From the NCBI GenBank assembly GCA_964639885.1, contig CAZXEH010000002.1:88425-152424 (forward strand): 64,000 nt of DNA, in the 5' to 3' direction. The notes under the pieces are model-generated. The model was not told where the DNA came from and did no database searches. It worked only from the letters and a program-made list of their open reading frames with translations. How positions within the stretch are numbered: position 1 is the stretch's first letter; the number at the start of each line of letters is the position of its first letter. The translations under genes were made by a program, and so were the position numbers. The DNA is from an uncultured Caldisericales bacterium (lineage in GTDB: Bacteria; Caldisericota; Caldisericia; JAAYUI01). Of this stretch, positions 29,361-38,683 are shown in pieces.

Positions 29361-31694
29361 TCATTTGAAAAATACTATTGTCACCGCGTCTCCGCCCTGG
29401 CCAGCATCCGCTGCATGGAACCTGTCAACGCGGTTATGCTGGGAAAGGAAATCCTGAACAGCTTTTTTCAAGGCTCCGGTTCCTCTTCCGTGCACAACAT
29501 AAACAAATGGCGTTCCACTGCCATAGGCTGAATCAAGATATTTTTCAAGTCTGTGCAGTGCTTCCTCGACAGTCAGCCCATAAAGCTCGAGTTTGAGAGG
29601 TACTTCCAGCCTTGGCCTGACTTCAACTTTCTCATCATTTTTCACTTCTGACACGATCAGTTCAACCTGGTCATATGAGAGCTGAACCCTTGCCGTTCCA
29701 ATCTGAACGAGGATTTTTGACTTTTCTGGGTACTTGTCGATGACCACACCCTGGCTTTTGAATTTTGGCACAAACACAGCATCGCCGACATCAACCGGTC
29801 CATACGATGTTTCCGGTTCGACAGACTCTACCGGTTTGACCTCGGATTCAGATATTTCGGAAGTCAGCTCCTTGAGCCTCTTGTGAAGGGTGTCTGTTTC
29901 CTTGCTCTGTCTGGTTGCCGCCGCAAGCTTGCTCACAATCTCGTTTGCCTCAGCTATTTTTTCACCAAGGAAACGTTTAGCTTTTGAAAGCTCGCGCTCG
30001 AGCATGTCCTTTTTTGTAGATTCAAGTTCAATCAGCTCTGATTCACGCTTTCGCTTTAACTCGTCAGCCTCATCCCTTGCCCTGATCAACTCTTCCTTCT
30101 CGTGGCTGATGGTTTGGGCATCTTCAGACATCTTGGTGATGATTTCGTTGATGTTTTTGTCTTCAGCGCCAATCAGGGATTTCGCCCTGTCGATGATGTC
30201 AGCCGGTAAACCAAGCTTCTCTGCAATATGGAAGGCGTGCGATGAACCGGGCGTGCCAATGTAAATTCTGTAGGTTGGCTCAAGGGTTTCGGAGTCAAAA
30301 CCCATAGAAGCGTTCACTGCATTTTCATTCTTGTACGCAAAAGCTTTCAGCTCGCCAATGTGAGTCGTGATGATCGATGGAACATGGGCAAAATGGAGGT
30401 GTTCGGTTATCGAGTAGGCCAAAGATGCGCCCTCAAGGGGATCGGTTCCGGCTCCAAGCTCGTCAAGCAGCACCAGTGTTGATTTGTTTGCACTTCCAAG
30501 AATTTTTACAATGTTTCCAAGGTGAGACGAAAAAGTTGAAAGGTTTTGTGAAATGCTCTGTTCGTCACCAATGTCCACCAGTACATCGTCAAACATGCCG
30601 ATTATTGTTCCCCTGTTTGCCGGAACGTGAAGCCCGCACTGGGTCATGAGAATGAAAAGACCGATTGTTTTAAGTGAAACAGTTTTCCCGCCAGTGTTGG
30701 GGCCTGTTAAAATCAACGTTCTCTGGCGCTCGTTGATTGCAATGCTGATTGGCACCGGCTCAACCTTCAGAAGTGGATGCCTGCCATTGATTATGTCAAT
30801 CCATGGGTTTGTTGTCAGTTCGGGTTCGACAGCATCCCAGACCAGCGAAAGTTCACCCTTGGCAAAAATGAAATCAAGCAGGGTAAGCGTCTGATCCAAA
30901 ACCTCAAGGTCGGAGAACTTGAAGCTGACCTCTTTTGCGAGATTGAGAAGGATCATTTCAATCTCTTCCGACTCACGCTGTTTCAGGTTTCTGATATCGT
31001 TGTTTAGCGGAATAACCGATAGTGGCTCAACGTAAAGCGTCTGGCCTGAAGCAGAAGTGTCGTGAACGATGCAGGGGAAATGGTTTTTATACTCGGCCTT
31101 GAGCGGGATGACATAGCGGTCTTCCCTCATGGTTACGATCGGATCCTGGATCATCCTGGAATAGGACGAAGTTTTTATGATTTCACCAAGCTTTGCCTGA
31201 ACCCTCGTATAGACGAGCTTCATCTGAACACGGATTGACGAAAGCCTTTCGGATGCAGAGTCCAGAACCTCACCGTTTTCATCGATTGTTGATTCTATCA
31301 GGTCAATGAGTTTTGGTTGTGGTCGGATTCGTTTGGAAAGTTCGAAGAGATCAGGTGTCCTGTCGTGACTTCGTTCAAGCAGGTCTTTTATTTTTTCAGA
31401 TGCTTTCAAAGTTGCTAGCAAATCCAGTGCCTGCCTTGGTTGTACGGCAATGCCAATCATTGAATTCTGGATTGTCTGGTGGATCGGCCTGATGTCGCAC
31501 AATGGGAGAGCATCGAAGTTTTCAAGATACTGTCTTGCCTGGGTCGTTTCCTTGAGCGCAGAGGTGACTTCCTCGATGGAGTTTTTTGGTGTCAGCTCCC
31601 GAGCGAGCAGTTTTGCATTCTCAGTGAATGCGTGGCTCTCAAGAATCTCAAGAATTGAAGAAAATTCAAGCACTCTCAGCGAATGCTCATTCAT
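29361..31694 (-). CDS. mutS2: Endonuclease MutS2
   Basis: TGPNTGGKT, DIGDEQSI.QNLSTFSSH, DELGAGTDP, C-terminal Smr domain (VVHGRGTG). Confidence 0.96.
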   Translation of the reverse strand: MNEHSLRVLEFSSILEILESHAFTENAKLLARELTPKNSIEEVTSALKETTQARQYLENFDALPLCDIRPIHQTIQNSMIGIAVQPRQALDLLATLKASEKIKDLLERSHDRTPDLFELSKRIRPQPKLIDLIESTIDENGEVLDSASERLSSIRVQMKLVYTRVQAKLGEIIKTSSYSRMIQDPIVTMREDRYVIPLKAEYKNHFPCIVHDTSASGQTLYVEPLSVIPLNNDIRNLKQRESEEIEMILLNLAKEVSFKFSDLEVLDQTLTLLDFIFAKGELSLVWDAVEPELTTNPWIDIINGRHPLLKVEPVPISIAINERQRTLILTGPNTGGKTVSLKTIGLFILMTQCGLHVPANRGTIIGMFDDVLVDIGDEQSISQNLSTFSSHLGNIVKILGSANKSTLVLLDELGAGTDPLEGASLAYSITEHLHFAHVPSIITTHIGELKAFAYKNENAVNASMGFDSETLEPTYRIYIGTPGSSHAFHIAEKLGLPADIIDRAKSLIGAEDKNINEIITKMSEDAQTISHEKEELIRARDEADELKRKRESELIELESTKKDMLERELSKAKRFLGEKIAEANEIVSKLAAATRQSKETDTLHKRLKELTSEISESEVKPVESVEPETSYGPVDVGDAVFVPKFKSQGVVIDKYPEKSKILVQIGTARVQLSYDQVELIVSEVKNDEKVEVRPRLEVPLKLELYGLTVEEALHRLEKYLDSAYGSGTPFVYVVHGRGTGALKKAVQDFLSQHNRVDRFHAADAGQGGDAVTIVFFK

Positions 31695-33367
31695 TATTTT
31701 CTCCAGTTCTTTCCCAGTATATAATCATACTCGTAACAGTTTAGCACTTTTTGCTTTGAAAGGCCAGACCTTCTGGCAAGGATTGCACCTGATCTGAAAT
31801 TTGTGAGCTGAGTGGCACCATGCAAGTCTCCACCGATGGAAAACACGCATCCGCATTTATCGGCGAGACGACCAAGCGGCCACGGAATATCACAACGATC
31901 CGGGGCATAGTTCATCTCAACAGCTACGCCATGGTTTGCGCAGGCCAGGAAAATCTGCTCCCAGTCTAGCTCCAAAGGTGGTCTTTGCTGGAGCTGTCTC
32001 GTGGTGGCATGGGTGATGATGTCAATCTGTCCTGATTTAACCGCATTGACATATCTATTTGTTATTTCAGCAGAGTGCTGGCCAAGCCCCGAGTGCAGGC
32101 CTGCAAGCCGTAAAACATTGTGTCTGAGTTCAAAATCAACCCGCCCATCATCGTCGATGTTGAATTCAATACCAGGGAGAACACGACACGGGCTGTTTCC
32201 AGAATTTATTTTGTTGATCAGGTCAATCTGCTTCATGAACGACTGGTAGGTCAGACCTCTTGCAACGCCAATCTTTTCTGCATGATCCGTTATTGCAAGA
32301 TAGCTCAGGCCAATTCGTTCAGCTTCGTGAAGAATATCGCCCAGCCTCGATCTTCCATCGCTCCAATTTGTGTGGCTATGCAGTTCGCCAAGCAAATCCT
32401 CAGACTCGATCAGCTCCCATTTGTTTTCAGGCTTTGAAAGTTCAATAACATCTGGCCATTCTCGAATTTCTGGCGGTATCCAGGCAAGACCGATTTTTTC
32501 AAAGAAACCGTGCTCATCGCCAATGATTCCAAGAAAACCGGCTACGGTTTTAAACGGCTTGAAAACGAGACTTTCGAGTCTTTGATAGAAATCACCGGGG
32601 CCGGTCGACCAGGCAAGCGCGGAACCGACGTACTTGGGCTTGCAAAAATGAAGCCTTATCGGCATCCCAAAAAGAACGCCGGAGATGCCTGATTTTGTCA
32701 GCTCAACATCTGAAACGCCCAGCTTGCTTGCGATGCTGTTGGACAAGGCAACGGAGGGTTTCGAGACAGCGCAAAGAAATTCCATCCTGTCCGTCAGTTC
32801 CTTGCCACGTCTGACCTCACCGACGATGAAAGGCTTTAGAATGTCAGTGTTTTGTTCTAGTGTCTGCAGCACAAGCTTTGTCAGGTGCATCATCCTTGGG
32901 AGTGGGACAAATTTCCTTCCGGACAGATTTTGCATTGCGAGGTGCCCGACCTGATCTGAAAACCGTGTTCCGAAACTTTGGTGGTTTGCGATTCTTCCAG
33001 ACTGAGAGGCTCTTTTCAGCTCCTCGACCGTTTCGATCCCCAGTTCGTCGTAAAGTCTTTTTGCATTTGACGCCTTGATCCCATCAATTCCAAGAAGATT
33101 GACCACGCCTTTTGGGAGTCTTCTGATGTATTCGTTCTCCGTTGATGATTGGCCAGTTCTGAGTAGCTCCAGAGCATCATTAGCAACGTAATCGTAAATG
33201 ATACCGGTTTGCTTGCCGTACTCGATTGATTGAGTTGTGACCTCGGTAGTTTCAAGCGAATTCGCAAGCATGGCTCCATCGACATAGGCTTTGGCCTTTA
33301 TCGGATCAGCAACGCTTGCCAGCTGGTATAACCAACGAAGCCTTTCGGAGAGTTCCCAGGAGTTCAT
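31694..33367 (-). CDS. polX: PolX-family protein with PHP domain (polymerase motifs atypical)
   Basis: HhH-like region, GEVRRGKE, PHP motifs LHSHTNWSDG, ITDH, GDLH. Confidence 0.8.
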   Translation of the reverse strand: MNSWELSERLRWLYQLASVADPIKAKAYVDGAMLANSLETTEVTTQSIEYGKQTGIIYDYVANDALELLRTGQSSTENEYIRRLPKGVVNLLGIDGIKASNAKRLYDELGIETVEELKRASQSGRIANHQSFGTRFSDQVGHLAMQNLSGRKFVPLPRMMHLTKLVLQTLEQNTDILKPFIVGEVRRGKELTDRMEFLCAVSKPSVALSNSIASKLGVSDVELTKSGISGVLFGMPIRLHFCKPKYVGSALAWSTGPGDFYQRLESLVFKPFKTVAGFLGIIGDEHGFFEKIGLAWIPPEIREWPDVIELSKPENKWELIESEDLLGELHSHTNWSDGRSRLGDILHEAERIGLSYLAITDHAEKIGVARGLTYQSFMKQIDLINKINSGNSPCRVLPGIEFNIDDDGRVDFELRHNVLRLAGLHSGLGQHSAEITNRYVNAVKSGQIDIITHATTRQLQQRPPLELDWEQIFLACANHGVAVEMNYAPDRCDIPWPLGRLADKCGCVFSIGGDLHGATQLTNFRSGAILARRSGLSKQKVLNCYEYDYILGKNWRK

Positions 33368-35736
33368 GCCGACCTGAGTGTGGCTCCCTTTGTCTCCAAT
33401 GCCTTTGAAATATTGGAAATTACTGTGTCAATCTCTTCACCTGCAAGTGAGCCGGTTCCTTTCGAGAATGTCAGCGAATAGGCCATCGAACGCTTGTCTT
33501 CACGGGCAAAATCACCGGCGTAAAGGTCAAAGAGTTTGATTGTTTCAAGATATTCTCCGCCATTAGTCCTGATAATGCTTTCGAGATCGGCATTTGATAG
33601 TGAATTTGGTGCAAGAATGGCGATGTCCCTCAGAACCTGTGGATAGATTGGTGTTGGTTTAGCCTCAATTTTTTCAGAGACGAGCCTTGAGAATGTTTCC
33701 AGATCAAGGCTTGCTACGAATACCGGCGTTGGGATATCGAGTTTCCCAGAGATTTCTGGATGAAGCTGACCCATGTAGCCGGCTGCCTGACCGTTCACAA
33801 CAATTTTTGCCTGTCTGTAAGGGTGGAAATATGAGGTTTCGTTGGCTGCGAATTCAACTTTACCGAGCAACAGCGATTCAAACAGGGCTTCAATCGACCC
33901 TTTCAGATCAAAGTAGTCGTAATCCGCTTTTTCTGACCATGAGCTGTGTTTCCTGCCGGTCAGCATTATCGTGAGTTTGCGGAGTTCCGGGCCATATTGC
34001 GAACCGACCTCGAACATTCCAAGGTCGGTGTTCCTTTGTCTTGTATTGTACGCTGCAATCTGGATGATTCCGATTTCGGCGAGGGGTCTCATCAACGTTG
34101 AATCGGTAGTCATCGGGTTGAGAATCCTGGGTGAACTGTCGATCCATGCGTCCATGCCAAGCAGCTTCAACTCTTCTTCGCATGTAAGCATTTTGGAGTG
34201 GACCTCCATCAAGCCCATGCCTGACATGATGCGCCTTATCCGTCTTTCTAGCCCGAATAATGCCGATTCTTTCATGGTTCGTTCGGTTATGATCGGGAAA
34301 GTGGTTGGAATTTCGTCATAGCCTACAGCCCTGACCGCTTCTTCAATCAGATCGATTTCAGCCTTCAAATCTGTGTGGCGGTTGCCAGGGATTTCGCACT
34401 TGAAAGGATCGCCCTTTTCAACCTTAATACCAAGAATCTCCAGGCCCTGACAGACTTTTTCAATATTAAGGTCGAATCCAAGAATTTTCTTCATCCTGGG
34501 AATTCTGACCGGAACGATTCTCCTCTTTGTTTCAGGATAATAATCGACTGGCAGGCAGGGAACATTGCCTGAAAGCGCAAAAACTTTGTCAGCCGTTTTG
34601 CCTGACTGCTCAAAATCAGCGCCTTTTTCAAAGCGGGTCGAGGCCTCAGACCTCAAACCAAGCAGCATGGAGGTTTTGGCAATCAGAAGCGGGTTGAAGT
34701 AGGCTGATTCAAGGAAAATTCGCTTTGTAGAATCCGACACCTCGGAATCAGAACCGCCCATAACGCCGGCTATTCCAATCGGTTTGTCGCCATCCCAGAT
34801 CATCAGGGTTCCAACCGGAAGATTTCTCTTGATGCCATCAAGCGTTGTAAACTCCATGTTGACTTTGGTTCTGGCAACTCTGACAGTGCCAGATGTGATT
34901 TTATCGGCATCAAAGGCGTGGGTTGGCTGGCCGTCTTCGTACATTGCGAGGTTTGTTGCATCGACAATGTTGCTTACAGGTCTAAGTCCGGCCGAAAGGA
35001 GCTTTCTTCTGATTTCAAAACCGGATGGGACAGGCGAAACATCGGCCAGAACGCCGACATACCTTGGGCAATCTTCGGCTGATTCGATCTCAAGCTTGAG
35101 TTTATCGGAGGTTTTCAAACCGTTGTCTGAATGCTTGACATCGAGTGTTGGAATTTCCGGTGTTTTCCCGTTGATTCTCCAGTATGTTAAAGCAATTTCC
35201 CTTATCAATCCACGAACTGACAGCCATTCAGGATGGTTGGGTGTAATCTTAAGTTCAAGGATTGTGTCAGTGAGCCAGAAGGTTTTGGTTGGGTCTGTAA
35301 AAAGCGGTGCGTCCTTGGGGAAAATCCAGACTCCTTCACGCTCTGAAGCTGGCAGGATGTCAGGTTCAATGCCAAAATCCGCCGATGACAGCATCACGCC
35401 TTCTGACGTGAATCCCTGGATGGTGGCAACAGTGACATCCCGATCGCCGACTTTTCCGCCAGGCAGACAAACAGCGACTACATCACCAGCAGCGACAGTT
35501 TTGGAGTTTGTTACAACGTTTGCAGTTTTATCAGGTGAAACCTGCACCTTTGCCATCTGAAGCTTCTCTGTTGCTTTTTCAAGCGAGAGAATCTTGCCAA
35601 AAACAGAACCTTTCACCCTGTCCCTGACTTCAACGCCTTCGACTTCGATGCCAAGAATTTTGAATCCTTCTGAAATCTGGTCGAAAGAAAGACCCCAGTT
35701 TATGATCGATTCGATATAGTTTTTTGAAATTCTCAT
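33364..35736 (-). CDS. pheT: Phenylalanyl-tRNA synthetase beta subunit
   Basis: ITPNHPEWLSVRG, SNIVDATN, RFEKG, C-terminal anticodon-binding domain. Confidence 0.96.
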   Translation of the reverse strand: MRISKNYIESIINWGLSFDQISEGFKILGIEVEGVEVRDRVKGSVFGKILSLEKATEKLQMAKVQVSPDKTANVVTNSKTVAAGDVVAVCLPGGKVGDRDVTVATIQGFTSEGVMLSSADFGIEPDILPASEREGVWIFPKDAPLFTDPTKTFWLTDTILELKITPNHPEWLSVRGLIREIALTYWRINGKTPEIPTLDVKHSDNGLKTSDKLKLEIESAEDCPRYVGVLADVSPVPSGFEIRRKLLSAGLRPVSNIVDATNLAMYEDGQPTHAFDADKITSGTVRVARTKVNMEFTTLDGIKRNLPVGTLMIWDGDKPIGIAGVMGGSDSEVSDSTKRIFLESAYFNPLLIAKTSMLLGLRSEASTRFEKGADFEQSGKTADKVFALSGNVPCLPVDYYPETKRRIVPVRIPRMKKILGFDLNIEKVCQGLEILGIKVEKGDPFKCEIPGNRHTDLKAEIDLIEEAVRAVGYDEIPTTFPIITERTMKESALFGLERRIRRIMSGMGLMEVHSKMLTCEEELKLLGMDAWIDSSPRILNPMTTDSTLMRPLAEIGIIQIAAYNTRQRNTDLGMFEVGSQYGPELRKLTIMLTGRKHSSWSEKADYDYFDLKGSIEALFESLLLGKVEFAANETSYFHPYRQAKIVVNGQAAGYMGQLHPEISGKLDIPTPVFVASLDLETFSRLVSEKIEAKPTPIYPQVLRDIAILAPNSLSNADLESIIRTNGGEYLETIKLFDLYAGDFAREDKRSMAYSLTFSKGTGSLAGEEIDTVISNISKALETKGATLRSA

Positions 35737-36836
35737 CTCACGCCTCCAAACTGCGAAAGGAAGCGGGCATCGCAGGCTGTGAACTCCCTTATGTCCTTGA
35801 CTCCGAACTTCATGATGGCGATTCGCTCTATTCCCCAGCCAAAGGCAAAACCCTGGTAAACCTCAGGATCAATACCACATTTTTGAAGCACGTTTGGGTG
35901 AACCATTCCTGAGCCACCCATCTCGATCCAGCCTGATTGCTGGCAGATGTTGCAGCCTTTACCACCACAGAATGGACAGGAAGCCAGCGTTTCGGCGCCC
36001 GGTTCGACAAACGGGAAATATGACGGCAGAAACTTGACCTTCACGTCACCGCCAAACAGTTCGGACAAAATGATTGAGATAATTCCAGCCAAATCAGAGA
36101 AGCCAATGTTCTTGTCGACCATCAGGCCTTCAACCTGGTTGAAGTAAGGGGAGTGGGTTGCATCGAGTGCATCACGCCTGAAGCACGATCCCATGGCAAT
36201 CATTCTGATCGGTGGTTTCTGCTCAAGCATTGTTCTTACCTGAACCGGTGAGGTGTGAGTCCTCAGAAGCCTGTCCCCGTCGATATAAAACGTGTCCTGC
36301 ATGGCTCGAGCCGGGTGCCACTGCGGGAAGTTCAGGGCTTCGAAGTTGTAGAAATCTGTTTCTATATGTGGTCCCTGCTTGACCTCAAAACCAAGCTTGT
36401 GGAATATTTCGGTTATCTCTTCCTGAACGATTGTCAAAGGGTGAACCGTGCCATAGTTTGGCTTTCTGCCTGGCATGGTTATGTCGATGGTTTCAGACCT
36501 GAGGGCTTCCTCACGCTGGAATTTTCTAAACTTCTCAAGCTGGAATTCAATTTGTCCATCGAGATGGTTTTTGAAATCGTTGAGTATCTGGCCAAACTCC
36601 TTGCGTTTATCTGGGTCAAGTTTGCCAAGTTCCCTTAGAAGTCCGGTGACAACACCTTTTCTTCCAAAGAGATTGGTCTGCATGTTTGAGAGATTCTCGC
36701 CGGCCTCTTTGGTAAATCCATTGACTTCGGCAAATGCATGCTTGATTGATTCTTCAATGTTCAATGATTCTTTCAGTTGCGGAAACTGGCTCAGGAGTTT
36801 ATCTCCGAGTTCCCTGACTTTTCCAGCGTCACTCAC
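35733..36836 (-). CDS. pheS: Phenylalanyl-tRNA synthetase alpha subunit
   Basis: Start re-set to GTG 36836 (GGAGG SD, GTGA overlap); HPARAMQDTFY, LRTHTSPVQ, YFPFVEP, GFAFGWGIER. Confidence 0.97.
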   Translation of the reverse strand: MSDAGKVRELGDKLLSQFPQLKESLNIEESIKHAFAEVNGFTKEAGENLSNMQTNLFGRKGVVTGLLRELGKLDPDKRKEFGQILNDFKNHLDGQIEFQLEKFRKFQREEALRSETIDITMPGRKPNYGTVHPLTIVQEEITEIFHKLGFEVKQGPHIETDFYNFEALNFPQWHPARAMQDTFYIDGDRLLRTHTSPVQVRTMLEQKPPIRMIAMGSCFRRDALDATHSPYFNQVEGLMVDKNIGFSDLAGIISIILSELFGGDVKVKFLPSYFPFVEPGAETLASCPFCGGKGCNICQQSGWIEMGGSGMVHPNVLQKCGIDPEVYQGFAFGWGIERIAIMKFGVKDIREFTACDARFLSQFGGVR

Positions 36837-38203
36837 TTTATTGCCTCCATATAACGGTTTGTGTAGCATCCATAGTCTGGCCCAAGCGCATCGCCCATTC
36901 CGGCAGCCCTTGCCCTGCATCCGCCGCATTCGATCCTGTGCCTGCAGTTTCCGCAGATTCCTTTGAGTTTTGTTCTGTCCCAAAGAATCTCAAATCCCAG
37001 CCATGCTTCTTTAAGGGTTTGCCTTGTCAAATTGCCGACGACCGGATAGAACGGCGAAAACATGCATGGAGTGAGGTCTCCGTTGGGCTGAATGTTGGCA
37101 TAGAGCCTGCCGGCTGGACACCCACCGAAAACGAACCTCAAAGATTTCATGTATCTTCGGTTTTTGCCCATGTTGAAATAGGCCGTGATCGGGAAGCAGT
37201 TTGAATCAGGCAGCTTTTGCTCTCCACGACCATCAACCATCGCTGATTCGGTTGCAAAGTGTGGCGTTTCCGAGAGTACTTCAATCTCGGGATCATCAAT
37301 CTTTGCAAGCTTTTCCATGACTTCCGCCCTTTGTTTTGGCGTTAGGTCAAGGTTTTTGATCGATTCGCCCCTTCCAACCGGAATGAGGTGGTAGAAAACA
37401 ATCCTGTTGAAATGGTGATTTTTTGCCAAATCTACGAACTCGTCGATCTTGTCTGCATTGAAAGCTGTGAGAGTGACGCCCATTGAAAGGTACATGCCAA
37501 CAGCCTTCATCGCTGCAACACCTTTCATGCTCAGGTTGAAAGCGCCATCCATTCCCCTGAACTGGTCATGGACTTTTGGATCAGGGGAGTCGATTGAGAC
37601 CTGGGCGTATCTGATGCCGAATTCGACGAGCTTTGAAGCGACCTGGTTATCAATGAGGGTTCCGTTTGTATCGATGGAGACAAAGATGCCCTTCGACGAA
37701 GCATAACCCGCAATCTCCCAGAAATCATCAGACATGAGCGGTTCTCCACCTGAAAAGGTGATTGCGGCAGTTCCAGTCTCATCCAGCTGGTCAATGATTG
37801 ACAGTTTCTGGGCTTTGGTCATCAAATCCTTCTGGTCTATCGAAGCTTTCTGGAAGCAGTGCTGACACAGGAGATTGCACCTGTTTGTCAGATTGAATAC
37901 CACAGAAAATGGGGCCGTGACAATGAGTGGCGTGTTGTAGCCATACTTTATCAGGCTGTCCACAACGATCATGAAGCACCTTGCAATGCCAGGATCAGAC
38001 AGTGATTTCTTTACTTCTGACCATGGAACGCCTGCACTTCCCATAAAAACCCTGAGGACAAGCCCGAAGAAGAACGCGTAGAACCTTTCGGAAAAGGTTC
38101 CATTTCGTCTTGCGCCGATGATCTCAAATGAAATGCGTGCCAGTCTCTTTGACCTTGATAGCACAAAGCGGGAAAATCTATTACCAACAAGCCATTTAGC
38201 CAT
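36833..38203 (-). CDS. Radical SAM protein with SPASM domain
   Basis: CNLLCQHC, FSGGEPL, CPAG...PC, CGNC...CGGCRARA. Confidence 0.9.
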   Translation of the reverse strand: MAKWLVGNRFSRFVLSRSKRLARISFEIIGARRNGTFSERFYAFFFGLVLRVFMGSAGVPWSEVKKSLSDPGIARCFMIVVDSLIKYGYNTPLIVTAPFSVVFNLTNRCNLLCQHCFQKASIDQKDLMTKAQKLSIIDQLDETGTAAITFSGGEPLMSDDFWEIAGYASSKGIFVSIDTNGTLIDNQVASKLVEFGIRYAQVSIDSPDPKVHDQFRGMDGAFNLSMKGVAAMKAVGMYLSMGVTLTAFNADKIDEFVDLAKNHHFNRIVFYHLIPVGRGESIKNLDLTPKQRAEVMEKLAKIDDPEIEVLSETPHFATESAMVDGRGEQKLPDSNCFPITAYFNMGKNRRYMKSLRFVFGGCPAGRLYANIQPNGDLTPCMFSPFYPVVGNLTRQTLKEAWLGFEILWDRTKLKGICGNCRHRIECGGCRARAAGMGDALGPDYGCYTNRYMEAIK

Positions 38204-38320
38204 TTGGCTACATTATACACTGCCTAAAACAAAATAAAAGTCAGGTTTTTAAAGGGGTTGACTGCGTGTGATTTCAAAGTAGCATCATTATTAGGATTCT
38301 TATGTCTTAAGGAGGCCATC

Positions 38321-38683
38321 GTGGAGCTTGAGAATGTACTGGAGGAATTGGAGCTGGAACTGTCTGATTTTTACGCGGCCGCAATCGTTGGTCTTGACGG
38401 GCTGTCCATTGCGGAAGTTTCAGCAGGTGTTGAGATGGATATAACCGAGGTCTCGGCTGAATTTGCCTCAGTTATCAATTCGCTTGCAAAAACTTCACTT
38501 TCCATTAACGCCGGAGCAGTGACCGGAACACTCGAATCTACAGAAAAATATCACTTTCTCACTCAGATGATCGATGACTTCCCATATTTCCTGCTCGTCG
38601 TCATTGGCAATTCAGGCAACATCGGCAAGGCGCGCTACATGATGAACAGAGTATCACCGGTCATCAAGGAGATCCTGCGATGA
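38321..38683 (+). CDS. Roadblock/LC7 (MglB-like) protein
   Basis: Start re-set to GTG 38321 (GGAGG SD); AAIVGLDGL..., GNIGKARY; 120 aa. Confidence 0.8.
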   Translation: MELENVLEELELELSDFYAAAIVGLDGLSIAEVSAGVEMDITEVSAEFASVINSLAKTSLSINAGAVTGTLESTEKYHFLTQMIDDFPYFLLVVIGNSGNIGKARYMMNRVSPVIKEILR

